Assembly (NCBI GenBank): GCA_016927695.1
Contig: JAFGME010000037.1
Location: forward strand, 1-63,643
DNA: 63,643 nt
DNA from: Bacteroidales bacterium
GTDB taxonomy: Bacteria; Bacteroidota; Bacteroidia; Bacteroidales; JAFGHD01
Reading direction: 5' to 3'
Below, piece by piece: positions 27,187 through 38,333 of the stretch. The translations under genes and the position numbers were made by a program. The notes under the pieces were generated by a model. It was not told the origin of the DNA and searched no databases. It saw only the letters and a program-made list of their open reading frames with translations. Every line of letters starts with the position of its first letter. The first letter of the stretch is position 1.

Positions 27187-28356
27187 ATGTTATACCATCA
27201 CAAATATTTGATTTTTCTTGCCTTTGCAATTACAGTTGTTACAGGGTGCAGTAAAGACAAAGAAGATCCGGCCCCGGTAATCACCGGACCCACTCCTTAT
27301 ACGCTGGAGATTCCACCCGGTTTTCCCACACAGCTTAACATTCCGGAAGACAACCCGATGACTGTGGAAGGCGTTGAGTTGGGGCGGTATCTTTTTTATG
27401 ACGGCAGGCTTTCAGGCCGGACCCATCCCGATTCGCTGATGAGCTGTGCCACCTGCCACCTGCAGGAGAACTCCTTTGAATGCGGGATCAATCACCCTGT
27501 TTATATCAATGGCTTCACCTTTGGAATCGCGGGAAAGCCCACGCCTCATGTCATGCTTCCCCTCATCAACATGGTCTGGAATTCAACGGGATATTTCTGG
27601 AATGGCTTTGTGGGCAGCGACAATCCCGAGCCCCATTACCGGACGCTGGAAGACATTGTCTGGATGGGGGTGGTGGCTGAACATGAAATGAATGGCGACA
27701 CCATCAGGGTGAAGGAGGTTTTCCAGGACCTTCCCGGGTATCCGGATCTCTTTAAAAAAGCATTCGGATCCAGCCGGGTGACCATGAAGAACATCAGCCG
27801 TGCCATTGCTCAGTTTATCAGGACATTCACATCCTCCGACTCAAAATTCGACCGGTACCTGAGGGGGGAAGAGCAGCTCTCACCCTCCGAGCTGAACGGC
27901 TTTGTGCTGTTCACCACCGAAGAAGGCGCCGACTGTTTTCATTGCCACGGAGGGTCTGCCAATCCATTGTTCACAACCAACCTGTTTTATAACAACGGCA
28001 AGGACACACTTTTCACCGGTCCCAATGAGGATCCGCGTGACCGTTACCATATCACCGGCGACCCTGCTGACTTAGGGGCATACAAAGCGCCCACATTGCG
28101 GAACATCATATATACAGCGCCCTACATGCACGACGGACGATTCAGCACATTAGACGAGGTGCTGGCCTTTTACAACACCGGGTTACAATGGTCGCCTTAC
28201 ATCAACCCACTCATGCACCACATCGCCAACGGAGGCACACAGCTCACCCCAAATGAACTAATCGACCTGAAAGCTTTCATCCTTAGCCTCACCGACACCG
28301 TTTTTATCCACAATCCGGCCCTGGCAAAACCGGACAAATTTCCGGATGAAATGTAG
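27187..28356 (+). CDS. Di-haem cytochrome c peroxidase family lipoprotein (MbnH/MauG-like)
   Basis: Two CxxCH motifs (CATCH, CFHCH), LGRYLFYDGRLS, YKAPTLRNIIYTAPYMHDGRF; lipobox VTGC. Confidence 0.9.
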   Translation: MLYHHKYLIFLAFAITVVTGCSKDKEDPAPVITGPTPYTLEIPPGFPTQLNIPEDNPMTVEGVELGRYLFYDGRLSGRTHPDSLMSCATCHLQENSFECGINHPVYINGFTFGIAGKPTPHVMLPLINMVWNSTGYFWNGFVGSDNPEPHYRTLEDIVWMGVVAEHEMNGDTIRVKEVFQDLPGYPDLFKKAFGSSRVTMKNISRAIAQFIRTFTSSDSKFDRYLRGEEQLSPSELNGFVLFTTEEGADCFHCHGGSANPLFTTNLFYNNGKDTLFTGPNEDPRDRYHITGDPADLGAYKAPTLRNIIYTAPYMHDGRFSTLDEVLAFYNTGLQWSPYINPLMHHIANGGTQLTPNELIDLKAFILSLTDTVFIHNPALAKPDKFPDEM

Positions 28357-28388
28357 GATATTCCGTTTTTATCTACTTTTATCGGATA

Positions 28389-29291
28389 ATGCATAAAGGG
28401 TACCTATACGGATTGCTGGCCATTTTATCATGGTCCACCATTGCTTCAGCATTTAAAATCTCACTAAGATACTGGGATTACCCATCGCTGACGCTTATGG
28501 CTTCGGTGACGGCATCCGTTTTCCTGCTCATTTCACTTGCTGTAGGAAAAAAAGTGAGACTACTTAAGGCATTGAAATTCAAAGATCTGGCCCTTGCCGC
28601 CCTGATGGGCTTTCTGAATCCTTTCCTTTATTATCTTATTTTGCTGAAAGCATACACGATTCTAAGGGCTCAGGAAGCCGGAACGCTGAACTATATCTGG
28701 CCCATTTTCCTGTCCATACTTGCCGTTCCCTTCTTAGGAAAAAAAATGGGATTGAATAGTTTTCTGGCCATCCTTATCAGTTTTGCAGGTATTGTGGTCA
28801 TTGCTTCAGAGGGGAGGCCCGGCGCCTTTGAATTCCGGGAGCCGGGGGGCGTGCTGCTTGCCACCGGAAGCGGATTTATCTGGGCCATGTACTGGATATT
28901 AAACCTCCTGAGCAAAACGGATGCTACCGTGAAACTATTTCTGAATTTCTTTTTTGGCAGCATTTTCCTGTTGATCTATGCCGGTTTTACAGGGTTAACA
29001 GCGCCTTCCATTGAAGGGCTGGCAGGTGGCGTATATTTAGGCCTGTTCGAAATGGGTGTGCCATTTCTGCTCTGGCTTATGGCCCTCAGGCTGGTGGATA
29101 ATACAGCTTTACTCTCGAACCTTGTATATTTGTCACCCTTTATTTCACTTCTTATCATCCGTTGGACCCTGGGAGAAAAAATACTTCTGTCCACCATCGC
29201 AGGGTTGACCCTGATTGTGGCAGGGATTTTCATCCAGCAAAGAAGCGGACGCCTTGCTGCTCATCCGCCCGGCCTAAAGCAAGGGGATTGA
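28389..29291 (+). CDS. DMT/EamA family transporter
   Basis: About 10 TM segments in two EamA-like halves (LNYIWPIF...; LVYLSPFISL). Confidence 0.88.
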   Translation: MHKGYLYGLLAILSWSTIASAFKISLRYWDYPSLTLMASVTASVFLLISLAVGKKVRLLKALKFKDLALAALMGFLNPFLYYLILLKAYTILRAQEAGTLNYIWPIFLSILAVPFLGKKMGLNSFLAILISFAGIVVIASEGRPGAFEFREPGGVLLATGSGFIWAMYWILNLLSKTDATVKLFLNFFFGSIFLLIYAGFTGLTAPSIEGLAGGVYLGLFEMGVPFLLWLMALRLVDNTALLSNLVYLSPFISLLIIRWTLGEKILLSTIAGLTLIVAGIFIQQRSGRLAAHPPGLKQGD

Positions 29292-29302
29292 CACACGTTA
29301 TT

Positions 29303-31837
29303 TCATTGAATTTCAGCATAATCCTCCACAGGCAAAACAAGCCAGAAAACGGAACCGTGGGGCTGGTTGGGTTCATAATACAGAGCGCCCCCCAACATCA
29401 TGGCAAGGCTTCGTGAAATGGCCAAACCTAAACCTGTGCCTCTGAATTTTCTTGTATGACTGGTTTCAAGTTGAGTGAAACGTTCAAACATTTGTTCCAC
29501 CTTATCGGCAGGGATGCCCGGGCCTGTATCCCTGACGAAAAACCTAAGGCAGGTTTTCCCGCCTTCCGGTATGGTTTCAAATCCGAACTCCACAAGCCCC
29601 TTTTCGGTAAACTTAAGCGCATTGCCAACCAGGTTACTTATAATCTGCCTGATCCTGAAGGGATCTGAAAATACCATTGTCCTTTGTCCGGGGACAGAAG
29701 ACATTCGCATGTTCAGAATGACTTTCTCATTGTGGTTTGCTTTGAGAAAAAGCTCCCGTAATTCGTTCATCAGTTCCTCCACACAAAAGGCCGATTTGGT
29801 GAGCCGAAGCTGACCGGCTTCGAGTTTTGATATATCAATGATATCATTTATGAGGTTAAGCAAAACCGAGCTGCTGCTTAAGATATGAGCCGAATACATC
29901 TCCTTTTCCTCTTCTGACCCCCCCCCTTCGGCAAGCAGGTTCACAAAACCTACAATGGAGTTCATCGGCGTCCTGATCTCATGCGACATATTGGCAAGAA
30001 AAGCCGATTTAAGCCGGTCCGACTCTTCTGCCTTCATTTTGGCCTCTTTCAACTCTTCAATGAATTTCACACGCTCGGTGATATCTATGATGTTGGTTAG
30101 AAGGGCAACAGGCTTGTTGTCGGCGTCCTTAATGACCACCGAAGATATTTCAGCATTAAACTCCGACCCGTCAGCCCTCCGGAGGATGTATTCATTCCGC
30201 GTTTTCTTTTCCTTTTTAAAAGCTACCTGGAAATTCCGGAGGCCGTTTTCCAGGTTTTTATCTGAAAGGTAATCCGCAATATTCCTGCCTATGATTGCTT
30301 CTTTGGAAATAAGGCCGAAAAGTTTCACACCCGCAGGATTGCAGTCGATTATCGTCCCGTCATAGCTGGCAAGGGAAATGCTGTATGGGGATGAATCGAA
30401 AATCATCCTGAATTTCTTCTCATTTTCAGTGATCACTTTGTTGGTATCTTCAATGATCTTTTTTGAATTCATGATTTCCTGATTCCGGGTCATCAGCATT
30501 TTGTTGGCTTTGTTCTTTTGCTTATACAACCTGAAAATGATGTATAAGAATGCCGCGATCAACAGTATCCCTGCCAAAAAACTGTATATAAGCAGTTTCT
30601 GACGGGAGATTTCTTGATCCATCCTGTTCATTTCAAAATCTCTGAGTTGCTTTTCCGTTCTCAGCAGCTCAATTTCCTTTTCGGCCGATTCGATTTCAAA
30701 GGCTGCCTCCACCTCAAGCAGTTTTTGCGAGTAAACCTGTTCATTCAGGCTATCCTCATAGGCTTTGTAGAGCATAAGGTTTTCGTATGCATCCCTGAAA
30801 TTTCCCATTCTTTCATAAAGCACACTGGTGTTTTTGTAGATCACAACAAGGTCTTTGGCATCATGGGTGGCTTTTGCATAATCCAGCGCCCTTAAGAGGT
30901 ACGCCCTGGCATTGGTGTAATCGTTCGTTTCAATATAAACCTGGCCAATGTTGCTGAGCAACCGGCCGCTGTTTATTCCCAGGTTATTATAGATGTCATG
31001 GGATTTCAGATAAAAAAAAAGAGCGCTGTCGTATTTCTTCAGATCGGTATAACTTTTCCCAATATTCAGATAGGCATCGGCAACGATTTCCTGGTTTTCA
31101 AATGCTGCGCCTTTTTCAAGGGATTGTCTGAAATACCGGAGAGCTTTCCGGAATTCGTTCCTCCCGTTGAAAACCATGCCTATATTGTTCAGGAGCACCT
31201 GTTCAAGGTAATGATTGCCTATTGATGTTGCAAGCGCCAAAGCTTCCTCAAAATAAACCTGTGCCTTATCGAAGTTTTGCAGGGATATAAATATTGACCC
31301 GATGTTGTTGAGAGAATTAACCATCAGGGTGGTATCTCCGAATTTCCTTTTCAGTTCGAGCGATCTGATGTGGTAATCGAGGGATTTGTTGAACAGCCCT
31401 ACCCGGCTCAATGTGATGCCAAGATTGTTATAAATCCTGGAAATACCCAGTGAATCTTTAATGCCGGAGTAAAAAAACAGGCTGGAATCATAATACTTAA
31501 TGGCCTGAAGGTTTTCCCCCTTAAAGTAGCAGATGTTTCCTGCAGATTTATAAACCTCGGCCAGGAGGGTGTCGTCATTCAGATCCCTTGCCATGGCAAG
31601 GGCTTCGTGCGTATACTTTTCCGATTTCTCAACAGATAGCGCAATGTATTTATTGGACAACCCGATGAGCAATTTAATCTTTTGTGCACCTGTTACCGAG
31701 TCGGGAATAGATCCGAAGCGGTCACCGCCATGATGAGAGAATTGAGAATATAATGATTGTCCGGCGCCTGTCCAAAAGAAGAACAGAAAAGAGATGACTG
31801 CAAATAATAAAGCCGGCCTGTCTGTTGTACTTCCCAT
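29303..31837 (-). CDS. TPR-sensor PAS histidine kinase
   Basis: Multiple TPRs (YNNLG, LNNIG), TM, PAS, FLANMSHEIRTPMN, NALKFT, DTGPGI, GTGLGL. Confidence 0.92.
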   Translation of the reverse strand: MGSTTDRPALLFAVISFLFFFWTGAGQSLYSQFSHHGGDRFGSIPDSVTGAQKIKLLIGLSNKYIALSVEKSEKYTHEALAMARDLNDDTLLAEVYKSAGNICYFKGENLQAIKYYDSSLFFYSGIKDSLGISRIYNNLGITLSRVGLFNKSLDYHIRSLELKRKFGDTTLMVNSLNNIGSIFISLQNFDKAQVYFEEALALATSIGNHYLEQVLLNNIGMVFNGRNEFRKALRYFRQSLEKGAAFENQEIVADAYLNIGKSYTDLKKYDSALFFYLKSHDIYNNLGINSGRLLSNIGQVYIETNDYTNARAYLLRALDYAKATHDAKDLVVIYKNTSVLYERMGNFRDAYENLMLYKAYEDSLNEQVYSQKLLEVEAAFEIESAEKEIELLRTEKQLRDFEMNRMDQEISRQKLLIYSFLAGILLIAAFLYIIFRLYKQKNKANKMLMTRNQEIMNSKKIIEDTNKVITENEKKFRMIFDSSPYSISLASYDGTIIDCNPAGVKLFGLISKEAIIGRNIADYLSDKNLENGLRNFQVAFKKEKKTRNEYILRRADGSEFNAEISSVVIKDADNKPVALLTNIIDITERVKFIEELKEAKMKAEESDRLKSAFLANMSHEIRTPMNSIVGFVNLLAEGGGSEEEKEMYSAHILSSSSVLLNLINDIIDISKLEAGQLRLTKSAFCVEELMNELRELFLKANHNEKVILNMRMSSVPGQRTMVFSDPFRIRQIISNLVGNALKFTEKGLVEFGFETIPEGGKTCLRFFVRDTGPGIPADKVEQMFERFTQLETSHTRKFRGTGLGLAISRSLAMMLGGALYYEPNQPHGSVFWLVLPVEDYAEIQ

Positions 31838-31842
31838 GCGCT

Positions 31843-34800
31843 TTATTTGATGTGTTTTCTGATGATATTGATTAAATCGGAAGGTTTTATGGGTTTGGAA
31901 ATGTAATCGTCAAAGCCGGCCAGAATGCTTTTTTCCCTGTCTTCTGCCATTGCGTAGGCAGTGAGTGAAATCACCGGCACCGGTTTACGGATGCCCTTAA
32001 TGATCCTGGCAGCTTCAAAGCCATTCATTTCAGGCATTCGAATATCCATAAGCACCAAATCAATACTCTCATCGTGCTTCCGGAATAATTTCACGGCCTC
32101 TTCCCCGTTTTTTGCATAAAGAATTTTCGCCCTGGTTTTTGAAAGTATGGCCTTCACCAGTTCATAATTGGATTGCTCATCTTCGGCTACAAGGAATGTT
32201 TTTCCCTCCCAATCCGGACTTTCGGTTTTCACTGATCTCTCAACCCTGCTTTCAACGGCATCCGCCAATATGAACGGAAGGATGAAGTGAAAGACACTTC
32301 CCTTGCCCGGTTCCGACTCCACCCAGATTTTTCCTCCCAGTAATTCCACTAACTTTTTAGTGATGGTAAGGCCCAGGCCTGTACCTCCATACCCCCTTGT
32401 ACTCGACTCTTCAGCCTGGCGGAATCGTTCAAAAATGATGTCTGTTTTTTCCTTTTGCAACCCGATACCTGTATCTCTGACAAAGAAATGGATTGTATTT
32501 TCACGGCCGATGGTATAACCGTATTCAATAAACCCTGAACTGGTAAATTTTACTGCATTGCTCAGCAGGTTGTTCAGTATCTGTCTCAGCCTGAACGGAT
32601 CTGAAATAATGGAAAAACCTTCGTTGCCGTTTCCTTTAAACACTTTGATTTCAAGGCTTTTGCGTTTGAGCCGCAGGATTTCATTTTCAAACAGGTCTTT
32701 AAGTTCATCAATGATACGGTTTACCTGGCACGATGAATGAACGATCCTGATCTGCCCGGCTTCGATTTTTGCCACATCAATGATATCTTCGATCAGGTTA
32801 AGTAAGATTTTGGAGTTTTCATTGATCAAAGCGACATATTCCTTACGGTGTTCTGCCATCAGGGAGGGATCATTGAGCAATTCCGAAAAACCCACAATGG
32901 CATTCATCGGGGTTCGAATCTCGTGTGACATATTGGCCAGAAAGGCGGTTTTTAATCTGTCGGATTCCTCGGCCCTTTCTTTGGCAGCCTGAAGATCGAC
33001 TTCGACCTTTTTGATATTGGTGATGTCGATGGAAACGCCTATTACGGCGCCCTGCCCGCGGCTTGGGAAAGTAAAAGGTATTTTAATGGTTTGCATTACC
33101 CTGACTTCCCCATCATGAAAAGTAAACTTTCTTTCAGGAATGAAACGGGTTTCATTGTGATCAATGACATAGCGGTCTTCCCTGAGAAAATCATCCGCCT
33201 CGCCGGAATCTTTATGCACTTCCTTTTGCAGCTTTCCTTCCAGTTCTTCCACAGTGAGCCCATACGTTCTTGCGGTGGCCTGGTTCGCCAGAAGGAACCG
33301 TCCATCCCACGATTTCACAAAGATCATGTGTGGCACGGTATCGATAATTTTCCGCAACCTGAACTCACTTTCCTTCAGTGATTCTTCCGCCTGCTTCTGG
33401 TTAATGGTAAGACCGATTTGTGTGGAAACAAACCCGATGATTTCAAGATCATTCCCGGTAAGAATGTTTTCATCATGATAATTCTGAACCATCAACGCTC
33501 CGATCACTTTTTCACGGGCCTTCAACGGTGTTCCGATCCAGACTTCGGGGAGCTTTCCGGTAAGTTTCAGGGGCAGGTTTTCCATCCGGCCTTTCTTCAG
33601 GATTAAAGGCTTGTTCTCATGGATCAGAAAGGAAGTAAGCGTTTTCAGGTCGTTGATGGATACTTCGTCCTCAATTCCGCTCACAAGGTAAGGCAGGGTG
33701 ATCTCATCCGTATGCTGATCATAGAGGGCAATACAGAAGTTGGTGGTATCTATCACCCGGTCGAGTTCATTTCTTATCACAGGGAAAAGCTCGTCGAGGT
33801 CGCCTGTTGTAATAACTGCACCTGCTATCTTATAAGCCACCGACTGCAGCTCCTCAAACCTTTTCCGTTCCTTTTCGATGATCCTTTCCTTGGTCACATC
33901 CCTGGCGCTGCCGACCGTCCCGATCAACCGGCCTTTTTCGTCCCAGAAAGGGGCTTTGTTGACATCGAGGTATATCATTTCCCCTTTTACCCGGCCCGGT
34001 TCATCCGTACGCACCGCTTTCCTGGCGCTGATCACCAGATCATCGCTGTCTGAGCAGATTTTTCCGAAAGTATGCCATTCAGGGTCACCGGGATGCTTCC
34101 TTCTTTCTCTCTCTGCAAAATAGAGGTCGGTTTTCCCGATGGGCTCAGAGGTGTCTGAAGTGCACAGGAGGTTTTCACAAAGGGATTTATTTGCAAAAAT
34201 ATACCTGTTTTTCAAATCTTTGGCCCAGATCATATCAGGCACATTATCGGACATAAGTCTGAAAAGCGAATAAAGCGCCTTGTATTTTTTCTCACTCTCA
34301 CGAACAAATGCATCGGCCATCTTCCGGTTGGTAACATCAATGGCAGTGCCCAACACCACCGGTTCACCCTCAAGCATCATCATGGAATTGGACACTTCAA
34401 CCCACCTTTCCTCTCCGTCTTTAGTGAGGATTTTGAACTCATAACTCACAGGCACTGTTTTGCCCGCTAACCTTGCCTGTCCCCTTTTCTTCACAAAGTC
34501 TATGAAATCAGGATGTACAATTTCATAAAACTGCTTTGATTTTAACTCTTCCTCCGAGTATCCTGTAATAACGAGGGAGGCAGGATTCATGTAAATATAT
34601 CTTCCCGATGTATCAAAAATAAAAATGGCGCTCCTGATATTTTCCGAAAGGAGGCGGAATTTCTCTTCACTGGTTCTCAGAAGGTCATTGGCTTTCTTTT
34701 GGGCAGTGATGTCGATGATATATCCATCGAAACCCAATATTTCTTTTTGTGGCGAGTAATTGGTCCTTGCGCTGATCTCTGCCCAGAAGAATGACCCGTC

Positions 34801-35097
34801 CTTCTTTTTCAGTTCCACTTCCCTTACCGACAGGAATCCCTTCTGTATCAACTCTTTGACATATATCTTCCGGGTGTCCTCGTACCGATAAATTCCACCG
34901 GCTTCCTTCCTAAGAAGTGATTCCCTGTTTTCATATCCCAGCATTCTGGCCGCCGTATTGTTCACATACACAAATTTCCCTTCGGGCGTTGTTCTGAACA
35001 GGCCTGCAGGCACATCATCAAACAATTCGGGGAAATGACCGGGGCCGTTGGCAGGAACACTCCCATTCATATCATGATCGTCCATGGTCATATCCAT
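31843..35097 (-). CDS. Cytoplasmic multi-PAS/GAF hybrid histidine kinase with receiver domain
   Basis: About four PAS domains, GAF, HisKA (SHEIRTPMN), HATPase, receiver (VAEDE...LMDIRMP...SKP). Confidence 0.93.
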   Translation of the reverse strand: MDMTMDDHDMNGSVPANGPGHFPELFDDVPAGLFRTTPEGKFVYVNNTAARMLGYENRESLLRKEAGGIYRYEDTRKIYVKELIQKGFLSVREVELKKKDGSFFWAEISARTNYSPQKEILGFDGYIIDITAQKKANDLLRTSEEKFRLLSENIRSAIFIFDTSGRYIYMNPASLVITGYSEEELKSKQFYEIVHPDFIDFVKKRGQARLAGKTVPVSYEFKILTKDGEERWVEVSNSMMMLEGEPVVLGTAIDVTNRKMADAFVRESEKKYKALYSLFRLMSDNVPDMIWAKDLKNRYIFANKSLCENLLCTSDTSEPIGKTDLYFAERERRKHPGDPEWHTFGKICSDSDDLVISARKAVRTDEPGRVKGEMIYLDVNKAPFWDEKGRLIGTVGSARDVTKERIIEKERKRFEELQSVAYKIAGAVITTGDLDELFPVIRNELDRVIDTTNFCIALYDQHTDEITLPYLVSGIEDEVSINDLKTLTSFLIHENKPLILKKGRMENLPLKLTGKLPEVWIGTPLKAREKVIGALMVQNYHDENILTGNDLEIIGFVSTQIGLTINQKQAEESLKESEFRLRKIIDTVPHMIFVKSWDGRFLLANQATARTYGLTVEELEGKLQKEVHKDSGEADDFLREDRYVIDHNETRFIPERKFTFHDGEVRVMQTIKIPFTFPSRGQGAVIGVSIDITNIKKVEVDLQAAKERAEESDRLKTAFLANMSHEIRTPMNAIVGFSELLNDPSLMAEHRKEYVALINENSKILLNLIEDIIDVAKIEAGQIRIVHSSCQVNRIIDELKDLFENEILRLKRKSLEIKVFKGNGNEGFSIISDPFRLRQILNNLLSNAVKFTSSGFIEYGYTIGRENTIHFFVRDTGIGLQKEKTDIIFERFRQAEESSTRGYGGTGLGLTITKKLVELLGGKIWVESEPGKGSVFHFILPFILADAVESRVERSVKTESPDWEGKTFLVAEDEQSNYELVKAILSKTRAKILYAKNGEEAVKLFRKHDESIDLVLMDIRMPEMNGFEAARIIKGIRKPVPVISLTAYAMAEDREKSILAGFDDYISKPIKPSDLINIIRKHIK

Positions 35098-35153
35098 GTA
35101 TAACAGGTTGAATTTAATTTGTAATCCGGTTCAAACTAACTCAATAGTTTTAA

Positions 35154-35191
35154 CAAATATACCACAATAATGATTAAAATAGTTATTTTTG
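35154..35191. promoter_or_regulatory. Divergent Bacteroidota -7 promoter elements
   Basis: TATATTTG (minus, 35154-35161) for the kinase and TATTTTTG (plus, 35184-35191) for suhB. Confidence 0.55.
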
Positions 35192-35206
35192 ATGAAAATT
35201 CACAAA

Positions 35207-36001
35207 ATGAATCTTGAACTTTTAACAAAACAGGTATCAAATCTGAGCAGAGCGGTAGGACGTTACATCAAAAATGAATACAGGAATATTACTCCAGGGC
35301 ACATAGAAACCAAGGGGAAAAACAGTTTTGTTACTTATGTTGACAGAAATGCAGAGTCAAGGCTGGTGAAAGAGTTGGGCAAGTTGTTGCCCGGAGCCGG
35401 ATTTATTGCTGAAGAAAGCGATAAATACCCCCGCGGAAATGAGTATAACTGGTGCATCGACCCCCTTGACGGAACGACCAATTACATTCACGGCATTCCA
35501 TTGTTTTCGATCAGTATAGCGCTCTTAAGGAAGGACAGGGTCGTCAGTTCGGTGATTTTTGAGGCCAATCATCAGGAATGTTTCTACACCTGGGAAGCAG
35601 GCAAAGCTTTTCTCAACGGGCATGAGATCCATGTTTCCGGGGCCGGAACCCTGGAACAATCACTGCTTGCAACGGGTTTCCCGTATCAGGATTATGATAA
35701 AATGGACGAATACATCCATCTTTTCAAAGAATTTATGAAACGGACCCGGGGGCTCCGGCGGATGGGGTCGGCAGCGGTTGACCTGGCCTATGTGGCATGC
35801 GGACGTTTCGACGGTTTTTATGAATATGGGCTCAACTCATGGGACGTGGCCGCAGGATCCTTTCTTGTGGAGCAGGCAGGCGGTATCGTTTGCGATTTCA
35901 GCGGAGCAAAAAATTATATTTACGGTAAAGAAATCATTGCATCCAATCCTTTAATTTTTGAAGAATTCAAAAAATCAGTCATCCATTCATTTCAAAAGTA
36001 A
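35207..36001 (+). CDS. suhB: Inositol monophosphatase family protein
   Basis: AEE, WCIDPLDGTTNY, ATGFPY, RRMGSAAVDLAYVACGRFDGFYE, WDVAAG; start moved to ATG 35207. Confidence 0.9.
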   Translation: MNLELLTKQVSNLSRAVGRYIKNEYRNITPGHIETKGKNSFVTYVDRNAESRLVKELGKLLPGAGFIAEESDKYPRGNEYNWCIDPLDGTTNYIHGIPLFSISIALLRKDRVVSSVIFEANHQECFYTWEAGKAFLNGHEIHVSGAGTLEQSLLATGFPYQDYDKMDEYIHLFKEFMKRTRGLRRMGSAAVDLAYVACGRFDGFYEYGLNSWDVAAGSFLVEQAGGIVCDFSGAKNYIYGKEIIASNPLIFEEFKKSVIHSFQK

Positions 36002-36018
36002 AAACCATAACTGATTTC

Positions 36019-36360
36019 TTGATGAAACATCAAGCCAACAACGGAATAGACAATTCCCGGATCATCATGAAGGATTCACCGGGAAGAAGCCTCGCCAAGG
36101 CTGTTACCTGGCGCATACTTGCCTCTGGCGCCACCTTTCTGGTTGCTTTTGTGATATTCAGGAGGTATACAAACCAGAAAGTCAGCGAAGTGCTTGAAAG
36201 TGCAACCTTCGTTACCACACTCGAATTCCTGTCAAAAATAATTTTTTACTATATCCATGAACGGCTCTGGACGAATATAAACTGGGGCAAATTCATGAAT
36301 AAAAGATACTGGGAGCGGCGCGCCTGGAAAAAACTTTACAGGAAAATGCATGAAAATTAA
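36019..36360 (+). CDS. DUF2061 family membrane protein
   Basis: RSLAKAVTWR...KIIFYYIHERLW..I.WG. Confidence 0.8.
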   Translation: MMKHQANNGIDNSRIIMKDSPGRSLAKAVTWRILASGATFLVAFVIFRRYTNQKVSEVLESATFVTTLEFLSKIIFYYIHERLWTNINWGKFMNKRYWERRAWKKLYRKMHEN

Positions 36361-37756
36361 TATTTCCAGACAGTACATGATGAAAACAACACACATAATG
36401 ATACTGTTTCCTTTGCTTGCAGCCATGCTATGGCTGCCGGTGAAAAACGCCTGCGGGCAAAAGGAAACTGTTAAGGTATACAAGTTTGATATCAAAGAGC
36501 AAATCGCCCCCCCTGTCTGGCGCACAACACAGAAAGCATTTCAGCAGGCCGCCGACACAAATGCAGCCATCATTCTGATCCACATGAACACTTATGGCGG
36601 GATGCTTGATGCGGCAGATTCCATACGCACCATCATCCTTAAATCGGAAATCCCGGTGTTTGTGTTTATCGACAATAATGCTGCCTCTGCCGGGGCTCTC
36701 ATTTCCATTGCCTGCGACAGCATTTATATGCATCCCGGGGCCAATATCGGGGCGGCAACCGTCGTGGACCAAACCGGAAAACCTCTGCCTGACAAGTATC
36801 AGTCATATATGAGATCGATGATGAGATCAACGGCAGAATCTTCGGGAAGAGATCCTGAAATAGCCCAGGCTATGGTGGATCCGCGTATCTCCATCGAAGG
36901 GGTGTCAGATACCGGACAAGTCCTTACCTTTACTGCGACCGAAGCCATGGCAAACAACTACTGTGAAGGCATTGCGAAATCCGTTGACGAAGTGCTTAAA
37001 CTGGCAGGCATAGAGAATTATACCATCATTGAGCAAAAACTCAGCTCTCTTGACAGAATGATCGGGTTCCTGATCAACCCCTTTGTAAGCGGCATCCTGA
37101 TCATGATCATCATCGGGGGCATATACTTTGAACTTCAGACGCCCGGAATAGGCTTTCCATTAGGCGCCGCCATCCTGGCCGCTATGTTGTATTTCGCCCC
37201 ACTCTATCTTGAAGGCCTGGCAGAACACTGGGAGATCATCGTTTTCATTACCGGAGTCATCCTGCTTGCCATTGAGATTTTTGTCCTGCCCGGATTCGGC
37301 TTACCCGGTATTGCCGGGATCATTCTCGTTGTAGCAGGGCTTACCCTCAGCATGGTTGACAACATTGGCTTCGACTTTACGGGTATTGCACTCAACACAC
37401 TGTTAATGGCCTTCTTTATTGTGGTGATCGCCATGTTCTTTTCGATTATACTTTCGTTTTATGTCAGCAGAAAAGTTTTCACCTCCACAGTTTTTGGCCA
37501 TCTTGCCCTGGATTCGGTGCAGATGAAAGACCAGGGATTTGGCACAACAGATTCGGTTTACAAAAACATGATCGGTCAGAAGGGTACGGCCCACACAGTG
37601 TTGCGTCCTGCCGGTAAAGTTAATATTGCAAATGATATCTTTGATGCCACTGCCGAAACAGGTTTTATTGAGAAGGGAAGCAGGATCATGGTAACAGGTT
37701 ACCAGACGGCTCAGTTGTTTGTCAGAAAAGCGGAGGAGCAAGTTGATGAATCATAG
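36350..37756 (+). CDS. nfeD: NfeD family membrane-bound serine protease
   Basis: [29 protein letters not shown] region ELQTPGIG, C-terminal LRPAGKV OB-fold; true start may be slightly downstream. Confidence 0.9.
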   Translation: MKINISRQYMMKTTHIMILFPLLAAMLWLPVKNACGQKETVKVYKFDIKEQIAPPVWRTTQKAFQQAADTNAAIILIHMNTYGGMLDAADSIRTIILKSEIPVFVFIDNNAASAGALISIACDSIYMHPGANIGAATVVDQTGKPLPDKYQSYMRSMMRSTAESSGRDPEIAQAMVDPRISIEGVSDTGQVLTFTATEAMANNYCEGIAKSVDEVLKLAGIENYTIIEQKLSSLDRMIGFLINPFVSGILIMIIIGGIYFELQTPGIGFPLGAAILAAMLYFAPLYLEGLAEHWEIIVFITGVILLAIEIFVLPGFGLPGIAGIILVVAGLTLSMVDNIGFDFTGIALNTLLMAFFIVVIAMFFSIILSFYVSRKVFTSTVFGHLALDSVQMKDQGFGTTDSVYKNMIGQKGTAHTVLRPAGKVNIANDIFDATAETGFIEKGSRIMVTGYQTAQLFVRKAEEQVDES

Positions 37757-38255
37757 GATAGAAGTCACCCACGCCGACATCACTACCTTGAAAACGGATG
37801 CCATTGTGAATGCAGCCAACAATTCACTTCTCGGAGGCGGAGGAGTGGACGGCGCCATCCACAGGAAAGCAGGGCCGCAATTGCTTGATGAGTGCAGGAC
37901 ACTCAACGGTTGTGAAACAGGAGGCGCAAAAATAACCCAGGGCTATAACCTGCCCGCCCGCTTCGTCATCCATACCGTGGGTCCTGTCTGGAGAGGCGGG
38001 AACAATAATGAAGATGACCTTCTTGCTTCGTGTTACAGGAACAGCCTAAGATTAGCCGGTGAAAACGGCTGCCACACCATCGCCTTCCCCGGAATTAGTA
38101 CAGGCGTGTACCGTTTCCCGAAGGAAAGGGCTGCCGGGATTGCCATTCAGCAGGTGAAGGATTTTATGGAGCATAATACGACACCCGAAAAAGTGATTTT
38201 TGTTTGTTTCGATGAGGAGAGTCATAACATTTATCAAAAACTTTTGAATAGATAA
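37746..38255 (+). CDS. Macrodomain O-acetyl-ADP-ribose deacetylase (YmdB-like)
   Basis: DIT...[44 protein letters not shown]. Confidence 0.93.
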   Translation: MNHRIEVTHADITTLKTDAIVNAANNSLLGGGGVDGAIHRKAGPQLLDECRTLNGCETGGAKITQGYNLPARFVIHTVGPVWRGGNNNEDDLLASCYRNSLRLAGENGCHTIAFPGISTGVYRFPKERAAGIAIQQVKDFMEHNTTPEKVIFVCFDEESHNIYQKLLNR

Positions 38256-38333
38256 AAATCAACCTCCTCAATCCATCAAAGTACAAATATATTTAATATT
38301 ATTGCCTGATAATAATTAAGCAGCGGCGTCCTG

